DNA of 63,812 nucleotides, the filler included, from Octopus bimaculoides (taxonomy: Eukaryota): NCBI RefSeq assembly GCF_001194135.2. It is 4 parts of 4 records of this genome, joined end to end, with 100 filler letters (N's around TTAATTAATTAA, not from the genome) between each part and the next. Parts side by side here need not be neighbours in the genome. Positions count along the whole stretch, not along the records: positions 31,858 to 39,518 come from NC_068983.1; positions 39,619 to 59,088 come from NC_068987.1; 2 more parts are not named here. The stretch is one strand, 5' to 3'. Below are positions 35,421-48,821 of the stretch, in pieces. The position numbers and the translations under genes are program-made. Each line of letters starts with the position of its first letter. Position 1 is the first letter of the stretch. The notes beneath the pieces are model-generated. The model had not been told where the DNA came from. It did no database searches and saw only the letters and a program-made list of their open reading frames with translations.

Positions 35421-36454
35421 GTTTTGTTAGCGGAAGATATAGTCGAAAGCATCGATCACCAATTCACGTTGATAGTTATTTTATCGATTTCTCACGGTTT
35501 GAAATTCTGAGATATGATACATGGAAATTTAAAACTGCAAAACATGTTTCTCGGTTTCGTGTATCCTCTCCATAGATATTGCCATAAAACAAAATATTCA
35601 ATATGTGAGACTTTTCAATAAAACTTTCTCTTCAACGAAAAATTATACTCTTAAACCCATACAAATAAGGTAGTGAGATGGCAGAATCTTTTGCTCGCGG
35701 GGCAAAATGAGTAGCGGCATTTCTTTCGAGCCTTTTATATTCTGAGTTCAAATCCTGCTGAGGTAAACTTTGCCTTTTTGTCCTTCCGAGATGCACAATA
35801 GATATCTAAGCCAATGGTAGAAAGTAGAAAGTCGGATCGCATTAGAATTACTTAGGATTATGAAAGCAAAAATATGAGCTCAGATATCTGTTATGCACTT
35901 AGCCTTATATGTCATTATAACGAAGCAAACAGACAGAATGGTTCGTGCGCCTGTAATATGCTACGAGGAATTTCCTTCGGTTACTTAGGTTCTTAGTTCA
36001 AATTCCAGTTCGTTCGAATTTGACTTTCCTCCTTTCGGGGTGGATAGAATAAATATCAGTCAAGTAATAAGTTCTATCTTACCGACTATCTCACTCCTGA
36101 AAAATTACTGGTATTATACCAGAATTTTAAACCATTATATAGGATTTTAAACTAATGGGAGTCAGCATCCCATAGCAGCAAACTGGTGAACTGAGTTTGA
36201 AACTTGGTCTCAATTCCCTCAAAACGGAATGCTATCTCAGTAATATAAAAGCTTCTTCACTGATTACAACATTATACATGTTAGTCACAATCACTGGAAA
36301 TACAAACATCTACAGTAAAAGAATACAGTAGTTTAGATAAATGAGTTTTCGAAACAAAATAATAACGATGTTTTGTTGATAACATACACGTACAGTGTAT
36401 GTCAGGGAAGATATAATCAATTTAATGGAAATTAGTGTTTTTCTAGTGTCAATT

Positions 36455-36546
<92 letters not shown>

Positions 36547-36560
36547 CATGCATATATGGC

Positions 36561-36817
36561 TACAGGACGTCGTCAATGGTGTAAACAACACAAACGAGTT
36601 AAATACGTAAATTATGAGAAAAACATGGAAGGCAGGAAAATGAGCACAGAGAAAGGACCCTTCATCAGTTGTCGGCTATCTATCAGCTCCTCACTTCCAG
36701 TATTGCCCGAAATGACGAGTAGAGTCCATTGTCATTGTTTACTTGTGTCCGGTCTTTCACTTTTTTTCTCGTTGATTACGTATTTTACGTTGTTACCACA
36801 GTTGGTGACGTCCTGTA
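36561..36817. mobile_element. Palindromic element with TACAGGACGTC termini in a microsatellite context
   Basis: Imperfect ~70-bp inverted arms; related to 11922-12040. Confidence 0.7.
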
Positions 36818-36939
36818 CCAATATACACACACACAGACACACAGACACACACAAACACACACACACATACACACTCACATATATATATGTATGCATACCT
36901 ATATATACGTACTATATATTATTTACTATTCATTATCTA

Positions 36940-36988
<49 letters not shown>

Positions 36989-37499
36989 AATTGCAGCGTG
37001 GAAGGTGTTTATAAGCCATTTAAAATAGCACACAAAATCCGTTAGATTCACTTCAACATTTAAATTTAATTTGTCAAAATATTTTCGTCGCTTTGAGATC
37101 GCGACCTGTTCACTGACAAAATTCTGTGCTGCATCTGAGAAAGTAATAGTTAGTTCATGATATATATGTACATGTGTATGTATGTATATATGTAAGTATG
37201 TATGTATGTATGTATGTATGTATGTATGTATGTATGTATGTATGTATGTGCGTGTACATGTGTGCGCGTATGCATCTGTGTACATGCGTATGCATGTGTG
37301 CATGCCTATACACATGTATGTATATATGTATATATGTATATATGTATGTGAGTATGCACTTATGTACTTATGGATGTACGTGAGTAATAGGGTAAGTGTG
37401 TAGACGTGTTTGTGTGTGTGTGTGTGTGTGTATGAATGTATGTTTATGTACTGATATGTGCGTCAGTTCAAGTTGTATACATGACAGTTACTTTGTTAA

Positions 37500-39518
37500 A
37501 TGTTGTATATACGCACGTATATACATATGAAAAGGGTCTGCCCTACCAACTTACCCTTCAACAAAAGGGTATGCATGCCACCCTATTCTGACGCTGCTTT
37601 AGAAGCAAAGTTTACCATTACTAAGTCCAAACTCCTGTCTGCTTTATCTGATTACACCCAAAGGCATAAACAAAAACGAACAAAAAATAAGACCCCTGAT
37701 CTTGACACTAAAATTAAGAAAGGTCTTAACAAATTAAAATATCGTATCAAAAATAGAGAGATTGTATGCTTTCCGACTGACAAATCAGGTAGAATGTCTG
37801 TTGACAACCTATCTAATTATATTTCGAATATGCAACCACACATCAGTGACATGACAGAAACAACAACACTCGTATACACTGAAAATGAAAAAGTCCTTAA
37901 TGCACACATGGGGATGTGGAGTATCATTCTCTAGTCTGAAAAACGTACGGCCAACAATTTCATAACCACCAACAATGAAATTCCACCCCTCTATGGCCTT
38001 CGAAAAGATCATAAAAACTACACAGATAACGTACTTGGTCCACCTACCCGACCTGTTTGTGGTGCCAACAATGCGAACAACCACAAAATATCATTTTTTC
38101 TCTCACAATTCCTACGACCCTTAATAGAATTATCTGCAGATGTATGTGATAGTACTGAAGACCTCCTTAGCAGGATCCGAGAATGCAACAACACATGTGA
38201 CCTCAGTGACCACATCGTAGGTAGCATGGATGTAGTATCACTGTACCCTTCTATTGATGTGGACTTTGCTATTGACAGATGTGTGGAGATAATTTGTGAG
38301 AGTGATATGATATTTAATAATGTGGATGTGTATGAACTAGGCTTCTTCCTGACCCTGACTTGTACTAATGATTACCTGTCACGGAATAACCTTGAGTATG
38401 CTTGTCCCACCCGCAACAAACGAGGTAGACCACCTACCATTACCTCAGCATACAAAAAGACCCGCTGTGAACGCTGGCATGGCTGGACGAAACCAAACCA
38501 CCCACCTTCAGATGCACACGACATCAGAATTACTGTAGCACACGCTATTGGTGTAAGCCTTAGAACCACACTTAAAAATCATATTTTTAAGTTCAACAAC
38601 AAACTATATAAACAGGAGAAAGGCGGTGCTATTGGAGTAGGAATCGCCGGTGATGTTGCTAACCTCTTCATGGTATGGTGGGACAAAAAATTTAAACAGT
38701 GCTTAGCGACCCGTAACATCCACTTAGCTATGTACTGTCGATACGTTGACGACATTAACCTTGTCGTGAAATGTAAGAATGATACAAATAAACATACAGA
38801 TAAGAACACTCCACTAAAAGAGGAACAGGTAATGACAGCTATACAACACATAACTGACTCTATCCATAGCAGTATAAAGGTTACCGTAGACTACCCCTCA
38901 AAACACTCCAGTAGGTTACCCGTCCTAGATACTGAGCTATGGATAAAAAAATACTATGATGGATGGATATGTTAAACCCTGTCTACTCCACTCGCACTAC
39001 TCTAAACCTATGGCTAATCCACTGGTAAACCGTAGTAACTCTGCTATGTCAAGTACTGCCAACATCAACATCCTCGTAACAGACTTAGTTAGAGTAATGA
39101 GGAATGTATCGCCACTATGCCAACCACAGGAACGACAACAACACATCCAGCACTATATATTCCAAATGCAACGTTCCGGATACAAACAACATGATAGAAT
39201 CAGGGTGTACAATGGAGCAAAAACAAAATTCGAACGCATCCTAAGAGATGATGAAAACGGTACATGCCCCCTATACCGCAACAAGTTCTGGAATAGGTTA
39301 GAGAGGGACGCCAACAAAAGAAATAAGACCGACATTTAGTATGATAACAAGAAGTTTCACAGTGTGATGTTTGTTTATGCTACACCGAAGAGCATATTAA
39401 GTAAGGCATTCAAGAAAATCCTGCACGCAACTGGCCTTAAGATCAAAGTTGTAGAAAAGACAGGTAGGACTATCAAATCTGAGTTATGTAAATCATATCC
39501 GTTTGATAGAATCATCTG
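37500..39518 (+). mobile_element. Penelope-like element, near-complete RT pseudogene running into a gap
   Basis: CFPTDKSGR, PPLYGLRKDHK, PTRPV, SMDVVSLYPSI, GAIG, CRYVDDI, RLPVLDTELW; one stop and a frameshift. Confidence 0.92.
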
Positions 39519-41161
39519 NNNNNNNNNNNNNNNNNNNNNNNNNNNNNNNNNNNNNNNNNNNNTTAATTAATTAANNNNNNNNNNNNNNNNNNNNNNNNNN
39601 NNNNNNNNNNNNNNNNNNTATATATATATATATATATTCATAGATGAATATATAATTGCTAATGTTAACAATCACGAATCTGTGCACAAAAAAACTAAAA
39701 ACCTGTTCACTATATAGTTTATAGTGTTTGAATAAAAAATTAATACAGGTTATAACTATGAAAAACTTGTTCGTTTCATTACAAAGATATTGTGAAATCT
39801 TGTGATAAACTGGACAGTGTAAGAAATATGTAATAAAATGACACGATGAGAAAAGAAGTTGTCCGGGGGAAAATCTCTGACATTGGAGGCAGACATGCTA
39901 GACGAAGTGGGTGTTGGAAACCTGTTTTATATATCAAATATACAGTAGGTTTTTAAATCTAAAATTAAAGGCTTTGGAAAGACAAGTATTGGAAAATAGA
40001 AGATAGATTAGAGGGCGTATTGAAGTTTTTAAGCAAAAGATTTTGATGACAAAGAACATAAGTTGTATTAACAAGTGGGTTAACCTTTAATAGTGATATA
40101 ATAATGACATAGAAGAAAAATGATTAGATACTAATAAATTTATTTAAAAATCAAAAGAAATCAATATAATTATATGAATAATTTTACGGTAAAATATATC
40201 ATGTTCATACAATTTGAAAGCTACAAATTTATTTATATTAAGACCCATTCGATTGATTGGTATTTATCGTACATAAAATAGTTTAAAGTGTAGTGAATGT
40301 TTTTAAGATGACGATAAAATATAAAGGATATATATTACTAGAAACATTTTATGTAAATAATCACAAAAGTAAACAGATAAATGAAAGGTTCTAAGAAATC
40401 TACATTTATAGGAGTGAACAGGCAGTCTTCTCATAGACCAAATGTCAATATTAGAATCTGTCTAACAATATAAAGTGTCATCAGGAGTTGAAAATATAAT
40501 AGTAATAAAATTGTAAGCTTAAGCACTTCTGAAACTGCTGTGCAGAGTGCATTATATTGGTGCAAGGCTAAGTAAAATAAATATCATATTACTGACATTG
40601 AATATTATATTATGAAAGATCTATCAATTCCAAGTTGCATCGGTCACATAAAGTGGAAGGGTAAATCACGTTAAACGCGTTTAAAGGAATTAAAATTATA
40701 ATAGAATAAAGTACAACAAATTGTACTAAAACAAATACCTAATGGATAACAAGAGGGAGATTGGTAAGTGAAAATGTGAATAAAGTGAATTATTGAATAG
40801 AGAAATATACTGAAATAGAACTTCGAAATTTTAGAAGTCTTGTTCATATAAGAGTGTATATAAAGAATAATTTAAGACGGATGAAAATTATAAGCTAATA
40901 AACCAAAGTAGGGTAGATAGAAAGTTTCAAACTTTATAATTGGAGGAGTAAATCTAGAAAGTATATTAACACACAAGATATCGCAAAATAGTAAATTTTT
41001 AGTATATATATATATATATATATATNNNNNNNNNNNNNNNNNNNNNNNTATATATATTGATAGAAATGGTAAGACAACAAAAGAATGAAAGAGACCTCGA
41101 TATTATGTAAATAGAGGAATTTATCTGTAAATATAATATGTGATAATTATTCGGTAACCAT

Positions 41162-41222
41162 GATAAGACTCCGAGTTTCAGATGTCGAGGCGGAAACCCA
41201 CGCCGCCATTTCTTCAGTTATC
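41162..41222 (-). ncRNA. Type I hammerhead ribozyme motif
   Basis: GATAA-CTGAAGA-[GGCGG/CCGCC hairpin]-GAAA-CTCGGAG-TC-TTATC; stem I GATAA/TTATC, GUC cleavage triplet; irregular base of stem II. Confidence 0.7.
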
Positions 41223-41789
41223 GGGCCATCGAAAAACATGTTATGAAAATAATTGCTGCCTGTGCTTGAGTATGTATGTATGTTTATAATTATCCTTTGT
41301 AATTAAATATACAAGACGGTGCTATTAATTTTTCTTTTTAATCGGCGGTAAAAAAGGTTTCTCTATAAAAATATCTTTCAGATATTGGAAGTACACTGCT
41401 ACTTCACTCAAACACTTTGAGCTATAAGAAAACGAAATAAGAAGCATATCTCAACTGACGGGCAGAAGACGATAACATTCTCGGGAAAAATCAACTGGCT
41501 GGTTGCCCCGAGATATATTCGGACTGGTGCCCCAAAATCCAGAAATTCCTGGCCTGTATTAGCACAAGGGCCATTTCCGATTATGGATAAACTCTAGAGG
41601 CATAATAATGCCACCAACCATGTCTGATCGATATGAGCGCAGAGTGATGAAACCGTCTTGCTGGTGATCACATATACGCGAGCATTGCTGACTTATGAAG
41701 GTATGTTGAACAGTTGCTATCACGCACAGAATTGATCTGGCTATTGAACGACTCCACCGAGAATATCGGGAGAGAGGAAAGGATAAGTA

Positions 41790-42660
41790 TTCACACAGTG
41801 GTTGTAGATATTAAAGGTTTTTTTTTAAAGGTGATCGTTTGTGTGTTCAAAAGCTGTAGGTAAGTTTCATAACTTATTTCATATTGAGGTGATTTAAAAT
41901 ATTCACAGGAAATTGTAGATCTTCCAGTCTTTGAGAATAGTAGGAGGAAGAGATGTTCACCTTGTTGGACTTTTGAATTTCTGAATTTCATTTTCTTTTT
42001 CGTTCGGAATTTTTCTTTTATTTTTAAAAGTTTTGCTGTGATTTACAGTTTTTGTAGTTGTTTGGATTTGTAGTTGTATATTGGCAGGTGCTTACGTCCT
42101 TAATTTCTTATCGTGGCATTTAATTGTGTTGTTACAATAAAAGGCATGTTTACATATTCTGTTAGTCAGGGAAGAAGGGAAGACAAAATGTTCACACAAA
42201 ATTGGGAATATTAAAGTTTCTAAATTTTGTGAGATGTTCGTTTGTATGTCCGTTCAGAGAAAACTGTGTTTTTTTGTTTTTGTTTTACAATAAAAAGGAT
42301 GTTTACATTTTCGAATACTCAGGGAAAAAGGAACGGTAAGAAAAGGAACTTTTTTTTTTTTTTTTTTTTTTTTCACAGAAAATTGTAGATATGAAGTTTT
42401 TAAAATTTACTAGCGATAACCTTTTGTCTGTTCGAACAGAGAAAACTTTAGTGTTCTTGGAATAAAGAGAATGTGTACATTTTCAAATACTCAGTGGGAA
42501 AAGAAATTACAGGTATTCACAGGAGGTGTAGATATTAAAGTTTTTAAAGCTGACTGTTTTTGTGTTCGAAAGCTGTAGATATGTAAGTTCTTTAACTTAT
42601 TTTGAGGGAAATTCAAAATACTCAGTAAATTGTAGATATTCCAGTCTTTTAGAGTTATTT
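41790..42660. repeat. Old diverged tandem/direct repeat (~155-170 bp period)
   Basis: TGT(T/G)TACAT(T/A)TT motif near 42147, 42300 and 42472; ~140-bp similarity between 41799-41940 and 42522-42657. Confidence 0.6.
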
Positions 42661-42754
42661 TTCCAGTTGTCCTGCTGGGTTGTATTAGTGTTTCTGTGTC
42701 TTCAGTTGCTGACATGTCAGAGCAGCGAATAACACGTCCAGCCGCTGTGACGTC

Positions 42755-42802
<48 letters not shown>

Positions 42803-42804
<2 letters not shown>

Positions 42805-43352
42805 GAGTGAGAGAGTAGTACATGCCATCAAAGTGACACTGGGGTAAAATATACGAAGCCCAGAATACCCATCATGACTACTCGTCTGATAAGCGTTCAC
42901 CAGACACATGCATCACAATCATATGTGTATGACATGGTGATCTAATGTCAAGATAAACATCGCATGACTTTACAGGTGAGGGCCAGTAAGAATTTTTCTT
43001 CAGGTCGAGAAGCCCATCTCTCTCAAAAGGTCATGAATAAGGGTTGTTTAAGTATGCTGAACAAAACATGTTTCCAAAAGTGAATTATCCAAATCCCAAA
43101 GAATTTCTCTCAACACATGGCTACGATGCTTCCCCACTACTTCTGTTCGTGATCAGAGATGTACATATCGTCAGCCACCAAGGGACATGCTCAGCTGTTT
43201 AAGGTCAAACTACTGACAAGCAAATCTGTGGTATTGAGCAGACTATTTGCTGTAGCCCATCTTTTATACCAAGACAAAACATTGTACATGAGAACACTTC
43301 CAATAAATTAAGATCAGAATCCTTGAGACCCACTGCCTGGTACTGCATATTT
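42803..43352 (-). mobile_element. Non-coding retroposon family E between (ATT)n arrays
   Basis: Homologous to 33685-34050; (ATT)n on both sides. Confidence 0.75.
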
Positions 43353-43364
43353 TTCTTATTATTA

Positions 43365-43422
<58 letters not shown>

Positions 43423-43458
43423 GGAATCTTGGGGTTGATAGCCCGCGCTCTTAACCAC

Positions 43459-43529
43459 GGGCACATGACGTAGTGGTTAAGAGTGCGGGTTACTAACCCC
43501 AAGATTCGGAGTTCGATTCCAAGCAGTGA

Positions 43530-43601
<72 letters not shown>

Positions 43602-43727
43602 NNNNNNNNNNNNNNNNNNNNNNNNNNNNNNNNNNNNNNNNNNNNNNNNNNNNNNNNNNNNNNNNNNNNNNNNNNNNNNNNNNNNNNTTACTAACCCCAA
43701 GATTCGGAGTTCGATTCCAAGCAGTGA

Positions 43728-43799
<72 letters not shown>

Positions 43800-43995
43800 C
43801 AACAACAACAACATCGAAAAATACCTTAGGAATGAGAACCCAGGTTCGAAATTTCCCCAAGACACCTGAAGAAAGCTGGAGGGTATATCAGCCGAAACGT
43901 TGTGTTAACAGCAAACAAGATGAGGACATTATCCGTCAAATGTAAATAATGAAAATAATGTACATAATTCCTCATCTCTTAAATATAAAACTGTA
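43459..43995 (+). mobile_element. Composite element: tRNA-like head + (AAT)n + hammerhead-bearing body
   Basis: A-box-like TAGTGGTTAAG and B-box GTTCGATTCC, then (AAT)n with a gap, then hammerhead motif. Confidence 0.65.
43861..43906 (+). ncRNA. Minimal type I hammerhead ribozyme motif
   Basis: GACAC-CTGAAGA-AAGCTG-gagggtatat-CAGCC-GAAA-CGTT-GTGTT; palindromic AACGTT stem III; A:C mismatch at the base of stem II. Confidence 0.7.
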
Positions 43996-44170
43996 TTTAC
44001 AGGCTGAGTTTAAATTCCGCCGAGGCCAACTTTGTCTTTCATCCGTTCGGGTTCGATAAACTAGGTACAGTCAAGTACTGGGGTCGATACGATCATCTTA
44101 TCCCCCTCTCTACAAATTTCAGGCGTTGTGCCTAAAGTAGAAAGAATTATTATTACTATTACTATCATCT

Positions 44171-44255
<85 letters not shown>

Positions 44256-44660
44256 GAAGGTGGTGCGCTTAGAAGATCCTTAATGCGTTGCACAAAGTGT
44301 TTAACCTTATTGTTCCAGGCTCTTTACCTTCTGTGTTCAAATTTCGTAGAACGTCGATGAAATATGTATCAGTCAAATGCAGAACTCAAAGTAATCGGCT
44401 AACACCTCCACCGAGAATCACTGTTTTTTGTCAAAATTTAAATTGATTAATGCAGCAACTGATAGAATCGTTAGCCTTTCGAGCAAAATGTTTAGCATCA
44501 TTTCTTTAAGCTCCTTACGTTCTGAGTTCAAATTCCAACGAGGTCGATTCTGCCTTTCATCATTTTAGGGATGATAAATTAAGTAGCACTTAAACATTGG
44601 AGTCGATGTAAGTGATTCAATTGTCTTCAAAAATTGCTGGCCTTGTGCTAAATTTTGAAA
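43996..44660 (+). mobile_element. Two family A SINE fragments (about 43996-44150 and 44450-44660) separated by (ATT)/(AGT)n and unique sequence
   Basis: GAGTT.AAATTCC.CCGAGG..GACTTTGCCTTTCATC-like motifs. Confidence 0.7.
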
Positions 44661-45194
44661 ATGTTATTATTATGATTATCAACATTTTCAAAATGTCTAC
44701 ATTATCTTATACAGACCCCGAATAGAAATACACGCATACATATACACACACACATGCACACATACATACACATGATGCACATATACTCTGGAATATACGT
44801 CCACACACCAACATATCCACAGATATACGGTTACTAGCACAACTGTCAACATTGTTTTTCTCTTCTCATACGTCATGTGCTAAATGGATTAAGAATACAG
44901 GTTAGCACATGTATCAGTTATTTCCCCTTTCACGGTATTAATATGGCTGACACGGTCGTCTCTAATGGAACAAAATGATTTATATCGCGATTTGACAAAG
45001 TATAATATATTTAATATGTTAGGAACGCGTTTTATGTTTTGTAAGGTGATTCAATTGAAAATTCCTTTTCCATTATTTCTTGGGTGTTATTTTTTATTTT
45101 CAGATTTGACGTTTGGGTACCTACGCCTTCTTACACCTCCACTTTTCGTTTTCATGTCTCTCACTACTTTTTATCTATTTTCTCTCAATCCATT

Positions 45195-45241
<47 letters not shown>

Positions 45242-46509
45242 ATATGTACATGCACACATATATATGTAAAATGTATGTGCTTGCTGTGAAATACGTATGT
45301 GGTTGTGTATATAGTTTAATATATGTCGTGCTTTCTCTGCATCATGGGTAGATGCTTCTTGCGATAAAATTAATGTAATTTTAATCCATAAAGGCAAGAC
45401 ATTCCAGTTTGCCAAAAGCAATATATCACGACAAGCGTAGAAGGCGCCTCACAGAAACAATGACGGATTCGATAGCTTATATGGAATTCCGGTTTCTATT
45501 CTTGCTTCACGCCTTGATTCCATATTACTCACGTCAATTACATTCTAACATGCCTGCATATCACATGATAACTTTTTACCCTGCTTTCCTCCAAATATAC
45601 AGCTCTTTAGTCACTTTTCCATCAAGCAAATCCACCAGGTCTAATCGTTTTAATATGATCTACTGGATAACAGCTAATATTATTTCCAAAGAGTCATATG
45701 ATTATAAGTCTGTGCAGAAGTTTCATACTTCAGTGCATGATGGGCTCTCATTTCATCGATCCTAGAATGGGGAAGCGCGAAGCTGACGTCGTTAAAACTT
45801 GTACTTAAATTATTCACTCAAGTAACTAAGTACTGTCAGATGCTCAACCAATCTCGAATACAAACACAACTGAGACACCGTGTTTCCTGTTAAGTACACT
45901 ATAAATTCAAGCACTCAGATTTTCAAGACTATTAATCGATCGTATCATAGAACTACCTAGCAATATCTTAAATATCAAGGTTGCTTCGTTTCTTTCTTGT
46001 CTTCGTGCAAAATCATACACAAGTGAAAGTTTTAACCATATTCATGTGTCTGTAATGTTCAACTGGAAACTATGTAAACTAACCATTACTTGGCTTACTG
46101 GAAAGTTTGATACCTAAAATATAAGCTAAGATATGAATTACCCAGTCATGTTAAGTAGAGTTGCCTATCCTTAATTTATCGTTCTATCTTTCATGAGAAA
46201 GTTTTCCTGCGAGAATGGCTGCCATTTGCATGTGACTTGAGAGACGTATGTTAACGAACAGGAGTTTCGAACATTCTTCAATATCTTGTTTTTTTTCTTC
46301 ACTGAATTGTACCTAGGAATAACATGGGGCATCAGTAGGATAAATATATCTTTAAACCGAACTGACTAACATATACTATATAAATGAGAGTATATGGGTG
46401 TATATATGTCACTGAAGGGCTTCGAACGATGCATAATCGAGAAAACGGATTTGATTTTCTAAATTTATGTCTCAATAACAAGGTATTCAGTTATAATTAT
46501 TTTTTACTT

Positions 46510-46930
46510 TTTACTTATTTCAGTTATTAGATAGCGGCCATGCTGGAGCACTACTTTGAATTTTTGCTTCAAAGAATTGACCCCTGTATTTGTTTTCTTT
46601 TCAAAGACTGGTACTTAAATCATCGACCTCTTTTACCAAACGCTAAGTTACAGGGACGTAAACTCACAAACACCGGTTGTCAAGTGGTGGTAGTTGGACA
46701 CACACACTGATATAAAGATATACACTCACAAATACACACACACGCATACACGTATGTATATATGTATATATATGTATGTATGTATATCTACACTACAGGC
46801 TTCTTTCAGTTTCCGTTTATTAAATCCACTCACAAGGATTCGGTTGGCCAGAGGCTATAGCAGAGAACAATTGCTTGTTCTGTGGGACTGGTTGGGAAGG
46901 AAGCTTCTTACCACACAACCATACCTATAC
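46510..46930 (-). mobile_element. Composite SINE (B + microsatellite + C), diverged
   Basis: Similar to 30895-31305. Confidence 0.75.
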
Positions 46931-47255
46931 CTAAAAAATATCTAATTTGCTATGGGCAATAACTCAACTTTTAGATCGAAATCCTGTTTTCTGATAGGGT
47001 AGAAATTATCAAACTTTAAACACCTGTAATATTTTTCTAATTTTTTTCTATAATAAACGAATCACAAAATCGCATTCAACGTGAAAAATAACATTAAAAT
47101 AGCAAAATTTGAAAATTTTCGCTAAATTTCAAAATTTCAAAATATGTAAAAGCAACAGAAAACATCTTTCTTTCTCTATTAGTCTCTTTCATTTACGCAT
47201 TTCTTATTGTAAATTTCCTTGGTTCTATCAAAATTTGCCAAACATTCTCTTTCTA

Positions 47256-47296
<41 letters not shown>

Positions 47297-47669
47297 NNNN
47301 NNNNNNNNNNNNNNNNNNNNNNNNNNNNNNNNNNNNNNNNNNNNNNNNNNNNNNNNNNNNNNNNNNNNNNNNNNNNNNNNNNNNNNNNNNNNNNNNNNNN
47401 NNNNNNNNNNNNNNNNNNNNNNNNNNNNNNNNNNNNNNNNNNNNNNNNNNNNNNNNNNNNNNNNNNNNNNNNNNNNNNNNNNNNNNNNNNNNNNNNNNNN
47501 NNNNNNNNNNNNNNNNNNNNNNNNNNNNNNNNNNNNNNNNNNNNNNNNNNNNNNNNNNNNNNNNNNNNNNNNNNNNNNNNNNNNNNNNNNNNNNNNNNNN
47601 NNNNNNNNNNNNNNNNNNNAAAGGTATTCGATTGGGAAAATTGCCCGGCAACGAAGAGATATATATAAA

Positions 47670-47749
47670 GAGAGAGGGTGAGGGTAACAGAGAGAGAGTG
47701 AGGGTAACAGAGAGAGAGTGAGGGTAACAGAGAGAGAGTGAGGGTAACA
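47670..47749. repeat. 20-bp tandem repeat x4
   Basis: GAGAGAGAGTGAGGGTAACA. Confidence 0.9.
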
Positions 47750-47869
47750 GAGAGAGAGAAAGCGAGACTGTGTGTCACGTATTTTCTATATATTGCAAGT
47801 TGGGGTGAACTACTAATATGCCTAGCAGATGAGTATTATTATTATTACTATTATTATTATTATTATTAC

Positions 47870-48255
47870 ATTGTAGTCGCAGACGTGGCCTTTAAGTAAA
47901 ATATTTGCTTCCTATCCACATGGTTCCAGGTTCAGTCCCGTCACGTAGCACCTTGGGTTAATGTCTTCTACTTTAGCCTCGGTACTCCCGAGGCCTTGTA
48001 AGTCGATTTAGTAGGTGTAAACTAAAAAGCTTGTCGTAAATATATCTATTTATATATAACTGTAGTATGTATGTGTACGTGTATGTGTGTGTGCATGTGA
48101 TTGCGTATCTTTGTGTATGTGCTTGACCCCAACCACAGAATAATTACCGCTTAAAAAAAATACTGCCGTCGCTTTGATCGCCTGAACTTCTTCAAGGCGG
48201 TGCCTCAGTATGGCTGTAGTCAAATGACTGAAACGAGTAAAAGATAAAAGACAAA
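47870..48255 (+). mobile_element. Composite SINE (B + microsatellite + C), diverged
   Basis: CACATGGTTCCAGGTTCAGTCCC head and CAAATGACTGAAAC.AGTAAAAGA tail. Confidence 0.7.
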
Positions 48256-48258
48256 CGA

Positions 48259-48319
<61 letters not shown>

Positions 48320-48475
48320 GACTTTACTTATTTACTATCATTATTCTGCACTATATTTAAATTATAAATCAATTGCTCTAAAGTGATACCACGTGGTTTG
48401 CTTGCTTATTCTCTATTTATAACTTGTGTGTGTGTGTGTGCATCTATCTATGTAAATGTATACTATATATAATAT

Positions 48476-48507
<32 letters not shown>

Positions 48508-48544
48508 CATACCTACAGACATACATACATACATATATATATAT

Positions 48545-48821
48545 ATATCAATTTAAATAACTACCATGAACGCAGTCCTATAATAATAAAACTTGTTTAT
48601 TATAATATGCACATTTCAATGCAAGATCTCGAATCACTCTTCTCTGAGATAAGAAAATAGGTTCTTGCATCTCTTCAGGACCAAGTTACAAGAATGTAAC
48701 TTGGCCCTATTTTCTTATCTCAGACAAGAGTGAGTCGGGATCTTGCATTGAAATGTGCATAGGATAATAAACAAATTTTATTAATATAGGATTGCGTCAT
48801 GGCTCTTATTTAAATTGATAT
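48545..48821. repeat. 277-bp palindrome (MITE-like) with an inner 10-bp hairpin
   Basis: ~115-bp arms (ATGCACATTTCAATGCAAGATC / GATCTTGCATTGAAATGTGCAT); inner CCAAGTTACA/TGTAACTTGG. Confidence 0.9.

Noticed and set aside
39650-41000. Purine-skewed AT-rich stretch as a decayed coding element
   Set aside because: All frames heavily interrupted and no motif could be assigned with confidence
43459-43532. Functional tRNA gene
   Set aside because: Mismatched acceptor and anticodon stems, atypical ACT anticodon, runs into (AAT)n; treated as a SINE-like head
48655-48705. Minus-strand CTGAAGA next to a hairpin
   Set aside because: The hairpin is on the wrong side of the core and no GAAA/stem III is present
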